Positions 39,071-64,000 of a stretch of DNA of 64,000 bases are shown here, piece by piece. Made by a program: the position numbers and the translations under genes. Numbering within the stretch: position 1 is the first letter of the stretch; each line of letters starts with the position of its first letter. The notes under the pieces were generated by a model. That model was not told the DNA's origin and did no database searches. It was given only the letters and a program-made list of their open reading frames with translations. The DNA is from Antedon mediterranea (Eukaryota > Animalia > Echinodermata): the NCBI RefSeq assembly GCF_964355755.1, contig NC_092675.1:925812-989811 (forward strand). Reading direction: 5' to 3'.

Positions 39071-42000
39071 TTAATATAATATCACTAGGCACTAGTGAAG
39101 GATTCCTTTTTAGACTCCACAAATATGAAACAAACTACAGTACAGTTAGTGCCACTAAAATAAACTGACATCTGCACTTCTCACAAATTGCTCAGCTTTG
39201 TGATAGCTTCCTTGACTAACAACATTTCTGTATTTGATGTAATCACAGCATTATAGTATAATACTATATTGATGAATTCTAAATAACCTCTAAAGAAGAA
39301 CCTTCTTGAATTAACAGGTTTTAGTTAAAGATACTTTAGAGAATTTTTTAAATGTGTGACTTTTATTATCTTAATTCTTCTAGCACTTAAGTTTGTATAC
39401 TTAATTCAAGTCTGTACTCTTTTTAAGTTTTCATGATAAATTCCATACAGTAGTAGGTCTACAGAAAATAGAATATTTTACAGAAGGAATCCAATATGTT
39501 CACAAATTTGTGTGCTTTGTATTGTTAGCAGTTGAGCAAGTTGCTTTCTGAACACTTTAAGTTGGCTTCATTGTTCGGTACAAGTGAAGCATTGTATGAG
39601 CTTTTTGTCTGGCTCTTCAATGGGCTGGAGCTAGTCAATTAATTCAGGTTCTTGTAACAGAATAGAGAACAAACCACAAAGATACCTCTGTGATTGTTAG
39701 GTAAACAATGAATTTACACTCAAGGAAGTGATCTATAACAAATCAAATGGTAATATTATTTAATCAATTTGTTGTATAAATATATTAATTCATATTAATT
39801 GAACAATTAGCATAATTGATATCAATAATTTAAAGTTAATTATTTATTTTTAATCTATTTTTTAGTTGAAAGTTCGCCTCAGTAAACATTGACTTTGAGT
39901 GGTCAATTAATAGGTTTTCACTGAGTTGGAAGTGGTCAGTTTTGGTTTAATTTTGAATCAAATTATGAAGTAATGTATAGTTTGTTCATTCACTGTTTTT
40001 TCCAAAACATTTTCTATAGAAAAAGACTGTCTCTGTCAATTTAAGGTAAATATCTATATTGCAGTTCTGGAAAAGCTGAATTAATGTATTTCAGTAAAGG
40101 ATGAATTTGGGCCTACACTGTATAGTGAAAGGGTTTGCTATGTTTTTTGGAGGTTTGCGGGGGTTTGCGGTGTTTAGCAATACTGGGGGTTTGCGGTGTT
40201 TAGCAATACTCATAGTGAAATGGTTTTCAGAAAATAAATTCTATATATTCTTTAAATACATTTCACTAGTACTAGTAGTGTACAATAGTATTTTTTCCCT
40301 GGTACTGTAATTTATCATAATTTTATATTGAAGTAGCTCGTGGAAAAGCTCATTCATTAAACAAATTACCTATTAAACGTATAACGTACGGTACATTAAT
40401 TTATAATTTGTAATGAGTAAATCAATGTATAAATAATCGTTTGCTATTCTGTGTGAATAGTATTATATAACTAACTGATATTGTCAATATTGGCCTGAAC
40501 TGTTGAACTATAATTGCATAAATCACCATAGGATACTAAAATTGTAATGAGGACAAATAGAAACTACTACATGAAACAACTAACTGTATGTCATCATCAT
40601 TTTTTAAGAGTGTATACAATATATTCTTTGAATAATCACATTTTCCTTCCTTACTTACTCCAGTAAATAGGATGATCATTCATATGTATATTTTTTTTAA
40701 TGATTATTTAAGAGATTTGTTTTTTAGTAATATGACAGTATTTTATTCAATAAGAAATGTATAAACAATGTACAGAGTGAATCGTGTATTAATGTTCAGT
40801 AAATATATGTGCAAGATATTGAAACAAATTAGATAAAAATAACTCAAATTTATTATTTATAACTACACTTGAATAAGTTTATAATTGTACCATATTGTTA
40901 TTGTTACTCCTCCTTGGTTTATTAGTAGTGATGTTTGATTTGTTTTCACACTGTGAGTATGGTACAGCTTATTGATTATGATATTTTACATGGGTTTAGC
41001 AACTGGAGATTTCAATACATTTCGACTTCAGGGGACTTATGGACATCTACTAATAGTACATAGTATGTAATTGTTAAAACACATGAACTGACTTCTGAAT
41101 GTTTTAATGTCCCTACAAACATTAATATGTCATTTTGACAGATGTTGATTGCTGTCACTACTGTACAAACGTTATTGTACATGTGGTCTCTTTAAAGTTA
41201 CAGTAACTGAGTACCGTACCACTACCATCCAATGTGGTTTACTATGTTGTTTAGCTTTGAACCTTTTGCAACTCAGTTTGCAGTTTTAGTCCTATTATTA
41301 AAAGCATCAGTATGTTTATTTTACACTTATTTTGTATGGTGCAACAGTGCGAGGTTATGCAAACTGATATTAATATGTTTAGTGCAATTATTTTGTAATT
41401 TTTATAAGATAGAATGCTGTAAAGTAAAGTACACTAGTTAAACAAATTCCTGCTTTTGATAGTGCACACAGGTGACACAGGAAACACTGAGGCTATCTGA
41501 TTAAGTTGTGTTTGTATAGAAAGAATGCAAGAATGGAACCACAATATTAGTTCTTGTCTATAAAGTGTGCTCACAGATTCTAAGTGATAAAGATTTTCTA
41601 ACACAATAACCTTTATTCAATGGTTGAAATAGGAACATATCAGATTCTGCTGTCTAACCTTTTTGTTGTACACTTGACAATTGTTTGCATGATATAGAAG
41701 GTGTGTGTATATTAACCTTATCGTTCCAGTCATCAAATAAAACACCAAACTATGGCATTGTTGCTAGGGCGTTATTCTAGCCGTTTACAATAGATTCTTT
41801 GATTAAATTCTTTGATTGCAGATTGTGAGTGAGCGATTATTAGAGAATTATCGTCTAAGTTCCATAATTAGATAGCAGTTAGTCCCTTATTGTTGATAAA
41901 CTTTAATATTCTCGTATTTTATTACTACTATGGTAGTTATAATTTAGATGTTACAACTGATAACAATTCTTTTTAAATTTATACAATGTCATACTCAACT

Positions 42001-42486
42001 CTGAATTTGTTGGGGTTGATTCCATTCTTGCTTGTCCATATTCTGAATTCTGTACTGTATCGCTTGTTTCCATTGCTGATTTACCTTTTTATTAGCTTAC
42101 AATAATTGTTATTAGTGCATGTGATATATGCAAATCTTTGCTTTTGTCAAATAGTGAGTATTATATAATTTAAATCAATATTTAGTATTTAAAAATATAT
42201 TAACAGATGTTTTACAATTATTTACATAAAACAGACAAATATTTACTGTTTGAAAACCCGAAGATCTACCAATATTAGATTTAAGTAATAGTAAAACCAC
42301 CAGCTGTATGAAACACATTTGGTGGGATTTATTTAGACATTAATAAATATGTCATCAAGAATCCCCCTTTTTTGTCAATGTACAGGCTACAGTACATCAA
42401 AACTTGAAAATAATAGTTTTCAATAAATAATCTCCATGCTATGAATAAGTAATGTTATGACTAGTAAAGTTAGGTTTGGTATACCA

Positions 42487-42624
42487 TGTGTTTCCAAAAG
42501 ATGTTTTTGACATTTTTGGTTGTGTTTCCAAAAGATGTTTTTGACATTTTTGGTTGTGTTTCCAAAAGATGTTTTTGACATTTTTGGTTGTGTTTCCAAA
42601 AGATGTTTTTGACATTCTTGGTTG
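42487..42624. repeat. 34-bp tandem repeat x4
   Basis: Unit tgtgtttccaaaagatgtttttgacatttttggt. Confidence 0.95.
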
Positions 42625-44111
42625 TAGTGCACCTTCTGGAGAATAGCATCATTTTATGCCACATTTAGTCTTAATCTTTTAGTAACTTTGGTTTTAAGAA
42701 TCTTGTAATTTAATTTATGGCAGCACTCCTCATATTTGTACAATATCAATTGATTTTATCACACTAATACTCTTTAGCTTACAAACGCGTCGCACAAAAG
42801 CAACGAAATAAGTTAAATGCTGTAGGGGATGTTGTTAACCATCGCTTAAAGCTATGATTGCTTACATTCGTATACATGTTTGATTATCCAGTGTTCCGTC
42901 TATGGCGCATTGTTTGCGGTGTGACGCCCTGAAATTACTCTAATTGATTTCTTAGCAGTGTACTTGTTAAATGATAGGCAATGCATCATTTAGGTTCCGT
43001 CAATACAAATTATGCATACGTTGACGCATTAACATTTAGTAGGCATGTATACCCAAGACTAAATATTATACTTAATATTTCTCCATTATGTCTTAATTAA
43101 ATGTATTCTAAACAAAGACCTATTATACTATAATTATAAACAAACATGAACATTAAACTAATTAGTTCTTGATATTAATTAGTACAAATGTGTAGCTATT
43201 TCTATAATATTGTTTTTAACTATGGTAGCAGACAGCTTTTCTTTTGTTTACTAAATTGAATATGTATTGTTACATAGGGTGTTCACACATTAAAATGCTG
43301 GTATGTTGATTGCATTGTATAAACATAGCTTGTTTATAGGAAACTAAAAAACAATTAAAAATTAAATTCTACAAGACAGAAGATGTTTAATTTATTTGAT
43401 TGTAAATTGTGATCACTTTTGGTACTGCTTCTGTGGTGAGGACTTGTATATGTTAGGATTTGATTTGATAACAGTACAGTCACCTATCACAATTTGACTG
43501 ACCTCTTGGACTGATTGTATGGTAATGCCTGATTTCCAGAAGGCCTTTACTGTATGCATTTAAAGGAAGAATTTGTGAGCTTCAGGAATATTTTGGTGGT
43601 TTGTTGAGAGTTTATATTTTTATAGTTTGTGGTTTGCTGTACTCATGACTGAAGGAACATTTCTACTTGAACATCAGACCACCATTGGCTAACCACTTCC
43701 CAATTTAATTTATTTAAATTCTTTGCAGTAATCAATTTGTCATCCTCATATGTCAATAGCTCATATACTACTGTGTTTGATTTATTGATTCCTGGGTGTA
43801 TTGGGGTTTTTTGGTGTTTTTTTTTTTTGTTCTTTTGAATAGAGAACATTTGTAGTTTTTAGTAAAATACAAAATCTGTATAACTACATGCCTATTACAG
43901 TTCTGTAATATTCTTTCTCCTCAAGATGGTTATTTAAGGGTGTGGTACTTGTGTGGCTGCCATACAACATTACCCAACCATTTCCACCCACCCCGCACAA
44001 TTTCATCTTTAATATCTTATTCGATTTTCTGAACTTAAAACATACATTAAAATGAATAGATATACGGTATATATGTTTACTAAATCATTACATTTTTTAA
44101 AATCTTTGCAG

Positions 44112-52463
<8,352 letters not shown>

Positions 52464-54920
52464 AAATTCCTACGCTGGCTAAACTGATTAAAAAAGAGAG
52501 TACTTTTTGGTGCTGGCCAAATACGTGTTAAATATATTTTGTATATTGTAAGCGAATCATAAGCTCCTATGATGACTTAAATGATCATAATGGCAAGAGC
52601 CAGATGCATTCTATAGATGGTAATTATACGAGGTGGATGTCAATAATGTTTTGCTGAAAAAAAATTGACAGACAATTTAATGATACTGCAAGCCACCTCG
52701 GATTCTGGACATGTGTATTTTTGTGTTTTTTTTCGCAAGGTGCTGGCATTCCCACCTATCTTTTATTGCAAGACAATATTTGTTCATGGGATGATTTGAG
52801 TGATAGATTTGGCTGTTGATTCTGTTAACCATAACAATATACAAAAGAGCAGATGGACCTTTCATCAGGCATCAGGCCTAGAAATGTAAAACTTTCTCCT
52901 AAGCATATTGAGCTTAGTCCATCATACTATTCTAGGCCTAGTAAGCTAATACAACCTCCCAAGCCTACACATTGAGAGACATTTGGCAAGGCTTGGCAAG
53001 CCAAGACTGGTTTGGAAAGCTTCTTGACAGACGATATTAGCTGATGTGGTATTTGACTAGCTTGGAACTACCGAAGCTTGTATTTTATCCCTTTATCCTA
53101 CCTTGAAGATCCTCAACTCCTATTTATTGACAAGCTTCCATTGTATTCTAGTGTGTTGTGCTGGAAATCTAAATACCTGTAAATGCAGGTGAACAATTTG
53201 ATAATGAGAGATGAAGAGTGAGAGCTGTGTAAAAAAAGATAATTAAAATTTGTATGTTATAGTCTTCAATATGACAGTGTAAATTGTAATCTATTTATTG
53301 AAAAAAAATGTTTCAACTTGACAATATGGTGACATTTGACATGATTGACGAGGTCGTTAACATCTTCCTGCCAGATGCAATATGGGTAATTTGTATCCAT
53401 TACGAATCTGTCACGTAGAAGATGCTGTAAATTAATTGTAATTTAAGATGCATTGTTGATAGCTGTACTCAAATGACCTTTGACATAGACGGGACATAGA
53501 GATTTTGCTCTCTATATTGACGATATGTTGTAGTTTTTGTGAATTTTGTAGCTCATATAAATTATAATGAAAGAATTAAATATTTTCCAGGAAAAAATAA
53601 TATGAAATCTGTTTTGAAAACGTTGACGGTAATTTAAAATTGTTAAAAAGAAAACTGAAATTTATGTATTTTATAAACAAAACAATTAAAAATAGAACAA
53701 AAATTATTGTTATACCGTAGTCATTTTGAAAGCATCTTTTTTTAATCATGGTAAATTAGACACTGTATAACATTTATCATTACGATGTCCAGTCATGGTC
53801 ACGATGTCCAGTCATGGTCAAAAGAAACCAAAAATAATGATTTCATATTCATTTTTGAATAGAAAATATTTGGCAAAACATGTATACAGGTACTTTGAGA
53901 ATTTGTCTTGTTTTAAGAAAATGTGTGGCACCTATTTTGTTTTCAATCAATACAGTATGTAGAAATGATAATAGATAATGTCATAATCAGTAATGTACTA
54001 GGCTCAACTCAGAAACTAAAAAATAAACAAGAAGAAACTCCCACTTTCCCCATCATCTCATTTAATCATTACAGAATATTTTTGTCATGGTATAGTTGAT
54101 GTAATGTTAGTATTGAAAATGAAAAGGCCAAACAAATTAAGAAATATATTTTGGTGAAAATATTGAAGTAGAATCCACTGTGGTTGTGTATGTGTTTTAC
54201 CATGCATGACCTGTATGTAGAGATGACATGGAGGATGATTTGGCTTTGTCGTTTTAAAATACACAAACAAACACAGCACCTATGAAAAGTTTACATTAAA
54301 GTGTGACAAACAAACAAAAACATGTTGCTAAAATATATATAATGTTGCTGGTGTAATTTAAGTGCTTGTGTAAGCCTACTTGTCCAAACATGTTTTATTT
54401 ACAGGTCTGGTTATAATGTTGTACCTTCATTAGCTCATTTACTCAATTAGAGTTTAATTCTTAAAGCAGTCTGAATGTCCAAAGACAAGATTTTTGTTTG
54501 TAGATTTGTTTTAAGCAAATTCTGGAATCTTCCATTATATTCATAATTTAATGTGTTACCATAATACCTCAATTGGTGTTTTGACCTACTTTGGTCCCTA
54601 ATTAGAATTACTTTAGACCACAATGATTGTAGAGGGGGTCTATTGAGAAAATCTTGAGTTAACCATTTGGAGCAAAAAGATGTTTTTGAATATTTTTAAA
54701 TATTAATTTTATCTTTATTGGGTTATTACAATACAATTTGACTACCTCTTTTTTTTATTTTTGCCTTTCATTTTCAAATCTTGAATGAGTACACTAAAGT
54801 TAAATGTATCTGATAATGTATTGGGTGATATTGTCAGACCCAAGAATATTTTACTCTTGATACAAACAAAACAAAAAAGTGATGATAAAGCAAATTCTGA
54901 TTAATTTATACGCATCGTCA

Positions 54921-55034
54921 GTGTTAACGCACCCTCCTGATTGGTTGACGCACCATGCAGATGGGTTAACGCACCCTCCAGATGGGTTAACGCACCCTGC
55001 AGATGGGTTGTCCCATAGGTTGTCCCATAGGTTG
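54921..55034. repeat. 21-bp (gggttaacgcaccctccagat) x4 followed by 12-bp x2 tandem repeats
   Basis: Directly visible. Confidence 0.85.
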
Positions 55035-56239
55035 TAGGAATAAGACAAACATGGACGCCTCACGGTACCATCATGCCGCCCTCCATGGCCACTTGCCAAA
55101 TTATTAAATCATCTTATTTTAGTTATATAATTGTTAATTATTTTTGTAACATTATTTTATGGCTTTCTATACTTTGTTATACCATTATATTATGTAATAT
55201 GACTATTACTTTTTTTTCTTTACTTAATACATTTTGTAATGTAAAGAAGAAAATAGCAACTAGGTTTATTTTCTTTTCACTTTGTTACTTTCACAATTGT
55301 TTTTATTTTGTTGTTTAGTTAAACCACTGTTAAAATCAAAACTATTTATCTATGAAAATATATTGATATAGTTACTAGTAGTTAATTATAGTAGTTTAAA
55401 TTCTACTATTAAATATCTGAAAACTATTGCTCCTTTAAAAATTAATTTAAAAAAAAAGAATTTAAGAATTACCTTGACAACAATGAGTGAGCACAAACGG
55501 GGTACACACAACTGTAAACAATTGTGGTACAGTACTGTATACATTTGTTTAAAAATGCGTTATATCAGTTTACCATCGTTAAGGGTAGAGATAGTTAATT
55601 TTTTTATTAAACAAAAGTCCACAACTGACAAATCAGTATTATATGATTATTATTATCGATCATGATTCATATTTTTTTAAATAAATATAAATTGTTTTAT
55701 GCATTAGACGCAATGTCATGATTTTGTGGAATTTCAGGATCAAAGTGATTTTTGTATAAAGGTTATCATTTAAGGTTAGTTCAATAACCTTAATTTGTAG
55801 AGCCAAAAAGTAAAGCATTTATGGTTGAAAATACCTTGTAATTAACAAAATGTAAATTTGTACTTTTTTGTTTGGTTACTTGATTGTATAATGGATGTTT
55901 TGAATAATGTTTGTTTTTTCTGTAAACTACATCCATCCCCTCTCCCTCAGACATATTTGAAGTATTATACAGGTTATGTTTCATTCTGTAGAAACGTCAA
56001 TAATGATTATTTAACTTGTAGAATATTTTGTTCTTAGAGTATTAATTAAATTGCTCATGATGAGCAGTTGGTAAAACAGAACCTTGTCTTGTCATTATTC
56101 GTACAATGTGTTCTTATTTAATGACCAATATAAAGTCATGGGCAAACCAGGATGAATTCAAGGGGTTTTCAATGTCTGAAGAGGTACCCCTGCAACTGAG
56201 TGCCATAACAGTAGACAAACTAGGCCAAAACTAGAATTT

Positions 56240-56770
56240 TGTCATGTTACGGAAACTACTAACTTCAATCTACGTAACATTGCTTGCATTCGAAAGTATC
56301 TGTCAAAGCGTACTACCGCTACACTAATAAATGCCTCAGTCACTTCTCGCCTTGACTATTGCAACTCTTTTCTTTGCCGTACTGAAATCTTTAATGAATT
56401 GACTTCAATGTCTCCAGAACACTGCTCCACGCATTCTAACACTTACAAGAAGATCCTTCCTCACACATATCTCCTATTGACTCCTACTAACATTTAAAGC
56501 GCTAATTCTTAAACAAGCTACTTATCTTCTCCCTCCTACATCTCTCTTGCTTTTCTTCGTTCAGATGATCAAAACCTACTGGTTGTTCCTAGAACAAACA
56601 CCAAATCCTATGCACAAAGCTTTATTTTATGTTCTCTGCTGCTTTTCTTTGGAATTCTCTTCCTTATTTATCTAATACAAGCACCTTTGATTTTTACTCA
56701 TTTTCTCCTTCTCCTCCATCTGGACACTATTGAGTAAAAAGTGCGATTTTCAAAGTACTACTCCTCCCTT
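56240..56770 (+). mobile_element. 5'-truncated degenerate L2-clade LINE (ORF2 C-terminus)
   Basis: Translates to FNLRNIACIRKYLSKRTTATLINASVTSRLDYCNSFL, LQCLQNTAPRIL, LRSDDQNLLVVPRT and LWNSLP, typical of the L2 post-RT region. Confidence 0.85.
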
Positions 56771-57076
56771 ATTCGTTGTAGTATTGAGCTGGGATTTCGC
56801 ATGAATATACTAAAGGCACATGTCCTCAAAGCTATAGAGCCGGATTTTTCATTTTCAAACCAGATGCAGCCATAAGACGTCTCGAAGATTGTACCATATA
56901 GTCGTATTTGGTAGGTTATTGATGTGTATGTGACGTCACATCCCGTCTTATGACGTCATTACAGCTTCATTTGCTGTACACCGAGTATCGCACATTCGTG
57001 CTTATTTGTTAATTAATTTGTTTAAATAAAAAGCCACAATGTGTGACACACACCACAGCGTTATGTAGTTATATGC

Positions 57077-57149
57077 GGCTTCTTGGTGTAGTGGTTATCA
57101 TGTTTGCTTAACACGCAGAAGGTACCTGGTTCGAGCCCGGGCGAAACCT
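57077..57149 (+). tRNA. tRNA-Val(AAC)-like gene, probably a pseudogene
   Basis: A box tggtgtagtgg, anticodon arm tttgc-TTAACAC-gcaga, B box ggttcgagccc and an oligo-T terminator. Two acceptor stem mismatches. Confidence 0.7.
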
Positions 57150-57363
57150 TTTTTTAAAACTTTATGGTGAAAAGTACTGTATACGCAATATGATAATTAT
57201 ACACAGTATATCTTATTTTTATTATTTTTTAAAATACTTATTTTGCGTAATCGGTAATTATCACTTTTACACATGTTTATTTTGCTTTGTGCTTATTACC
57301 ATATTTATTTGTAATTTAAATGGATTAAAAAACTTTCTGTAACCCACATTTTTAGTGTAAGTA

Positions 57364-57435
57364 GGTTTGGTAGTGTAGTGGTTGTCAAGTCTGCTTAACA
57401 CGCAGAAGGAACCGGTTCGAGCCCTGGCGAAACCT
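57364..57435 (+). pseudogene. Second degenerate tRNA-Val(AAC) copy
   Basis: ggtttggtagtgtagtgg...tctgcTTAACACgcaga...ggttcgagcc...gaaacc, with stem mismatches and a 1-nt deletion. Confidence 0.7.
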
Positions 57436-57624
57436 ATTTTTCTTTAACTTTATGGTGAAATAACTGTATACTGTGTCTGTATACAGCTTCTTTCGCTGTA
57501 CCCCGAGTATTGCACATTCGTGCTTGTTACTTTGGTTTAGTTGATACTGGTGCTATACAAATACCTAAATTATTATTAATTATTAACTCTTTATCATAAA
57601 CTACTCCATGCATTCTAAAACGAT

Positions 57625-57705
57625 AAAACTTTATGTGACAACAAAATGTGATGTGCCCATATATGGACATGATGATGTCACATTACTACCATATTTAGTC
57701 ACATC
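57625..57705. mobile_element. Fragment of the AGCTCTGTCTACAC MITE
   Basis: Internal sequence matches the 60757 copy (aatgtgatgtgcccata..ggacatg..gatgtca). Confidence 0.6.
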
Positions 57706-57979
57706 TTGTGGCAGCTACACAATATAATAAAAACACTTGACAACACTAGTTATTTTTCTCATGTATTATTCACTACTGACAAATCATTTACAGTTTAATA
57801 CAAAGTATTCATATTTCAATAGATATTATTCTTTTAAAATAAATCATAAATTTTTACGTTTTCAAATTAAATGTATCACATCATTAAAGTCACTAAAATA
57901 AATTCTATAAATAAACGTATGAATTATGATTTGTTAAATTGGTCTTAAAAGGTAAGAAATGTTTGCAATAATATATTAT

Positions 57980-62800
<4,821 letters not shown>

Positions 62801-64000
62801 GTACATAAACTAATACGATAAAAGGGATATTATTATTATTTGAGATTTGAGGTGAACAGAATATTATAGTAATGTATATAAACTTTATCACTAGCCTATT
62901 TTTATGACATTGTTATTACTATTAATTTGCAATACATGTACTTAAAAAATAAGTTTCTCAATTGTTTGCATCTAAATATCTTGACAAAGTATTATAGTAT
63001 AATAATATAATATAATAAACCATAAAGTTTTTAATGAACTCTGTTCATACTATGGAGTAAAAATTACTCCATGGTTCATACTTGCTGGTAATGGTAAGGT
63101 TCAAGGCTATATGTTAGTATAATATAGTATGTCTTTTTTGTTTAGCTTCAGAAATGTTTGGCCTACCAATTATTAGGAAGTTATAAAGAATTTAAATTCC
63201 GTTATTAAAAAAAAAAGATAATAAAAAGTTACAATAGCTTTACTTCCTAGAGGCCAAATCTTCCAGTAAATGTTAATTTATTTTTTATAGTTAATTTTAT
63301 TCAGGGTATGGTTTGTTAATTCCTGAATTTTTTTCTAAAAAAGGTTTTAATTACTAACATTGTTAATCATAATAAAACGTTTCAATAAAAGGTTATTAAT
63401 AAGAGTATTATTTTGATTTTAAGTAGCAAACGTAAATGATATCCTATATCTCTATTGCAACATTCAGTGACCTGGCAAGTATGCAAGCTTATTATGCGAG
63501 TCAGCCTTAGGTCACCTAAGAACAGCATCTGAAGCGCACCCGATTGGATAACTAAAACCAGGTATTCTATTGATGATGAATGCAATTAAAAAGTGGCTAG
63601 GGTCCAATTACAAGTGATTTACTACTGTATATATATGCAGTAAGGGCAAATATTTTTTTTAAAAATGTTAGTTTCACGTTTTCAACATTTTTTACAAGGG
63701 GGTGGACCAAATAGTTTATTAGATTTTAAAAACCAGTGATGTCTAAACACCGAGTCAGATAGAATAAGACCTAAAATGTTGATTAGTTTGTCCACCTTCT
63801 AATATATTAAATAACTACAAAAATGTAACTTTATCATTAAAATCATTCAAATTTTTCATTTTATGAACATTATACATCGGTTTAAAATGATTGTAATAGA
63901 ACACTTTTATAAATACCTAGTTATGTCATGTTAATGAAAATGAGAAGAAACTACTATAAAGGTGGGAGATTTCCAGGAAAGAAAAAAACAAGTTTAGTAA

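Overview
AT-rich animal (invertebrate-like) genomic DNA. There are two intron-containing genes in convergent orientation. ZMIZ1 (+) has 15 exons at 44112-52463. Its first N-terminal exons were not found, so 1-44111 is probably one very large ZMIZ1 intron. The 3' part of mitochondrial glutamate dehydrogenase (-) has 7 exons at 62717-57980. The most striking structure is a ~19 kb block (4933-23925) that looks like a 1.5 kb tandem array. It parses instead as a nested 'Russian doll' of 12 non-autonomous Helentron/HINE-like rolling-circle elements, most inserted into the T-rich tract just behind the previous element's 5' hairpin. The window also holds several PIF/Harbinger MITEs (two with Myb/SANT relics), a Kolobok-like MITE, an L2 LINE fragment, two degenerate tRNA-Val copies and several minisatellites. 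All calls come from reading the sequence by eye, with no database searches.
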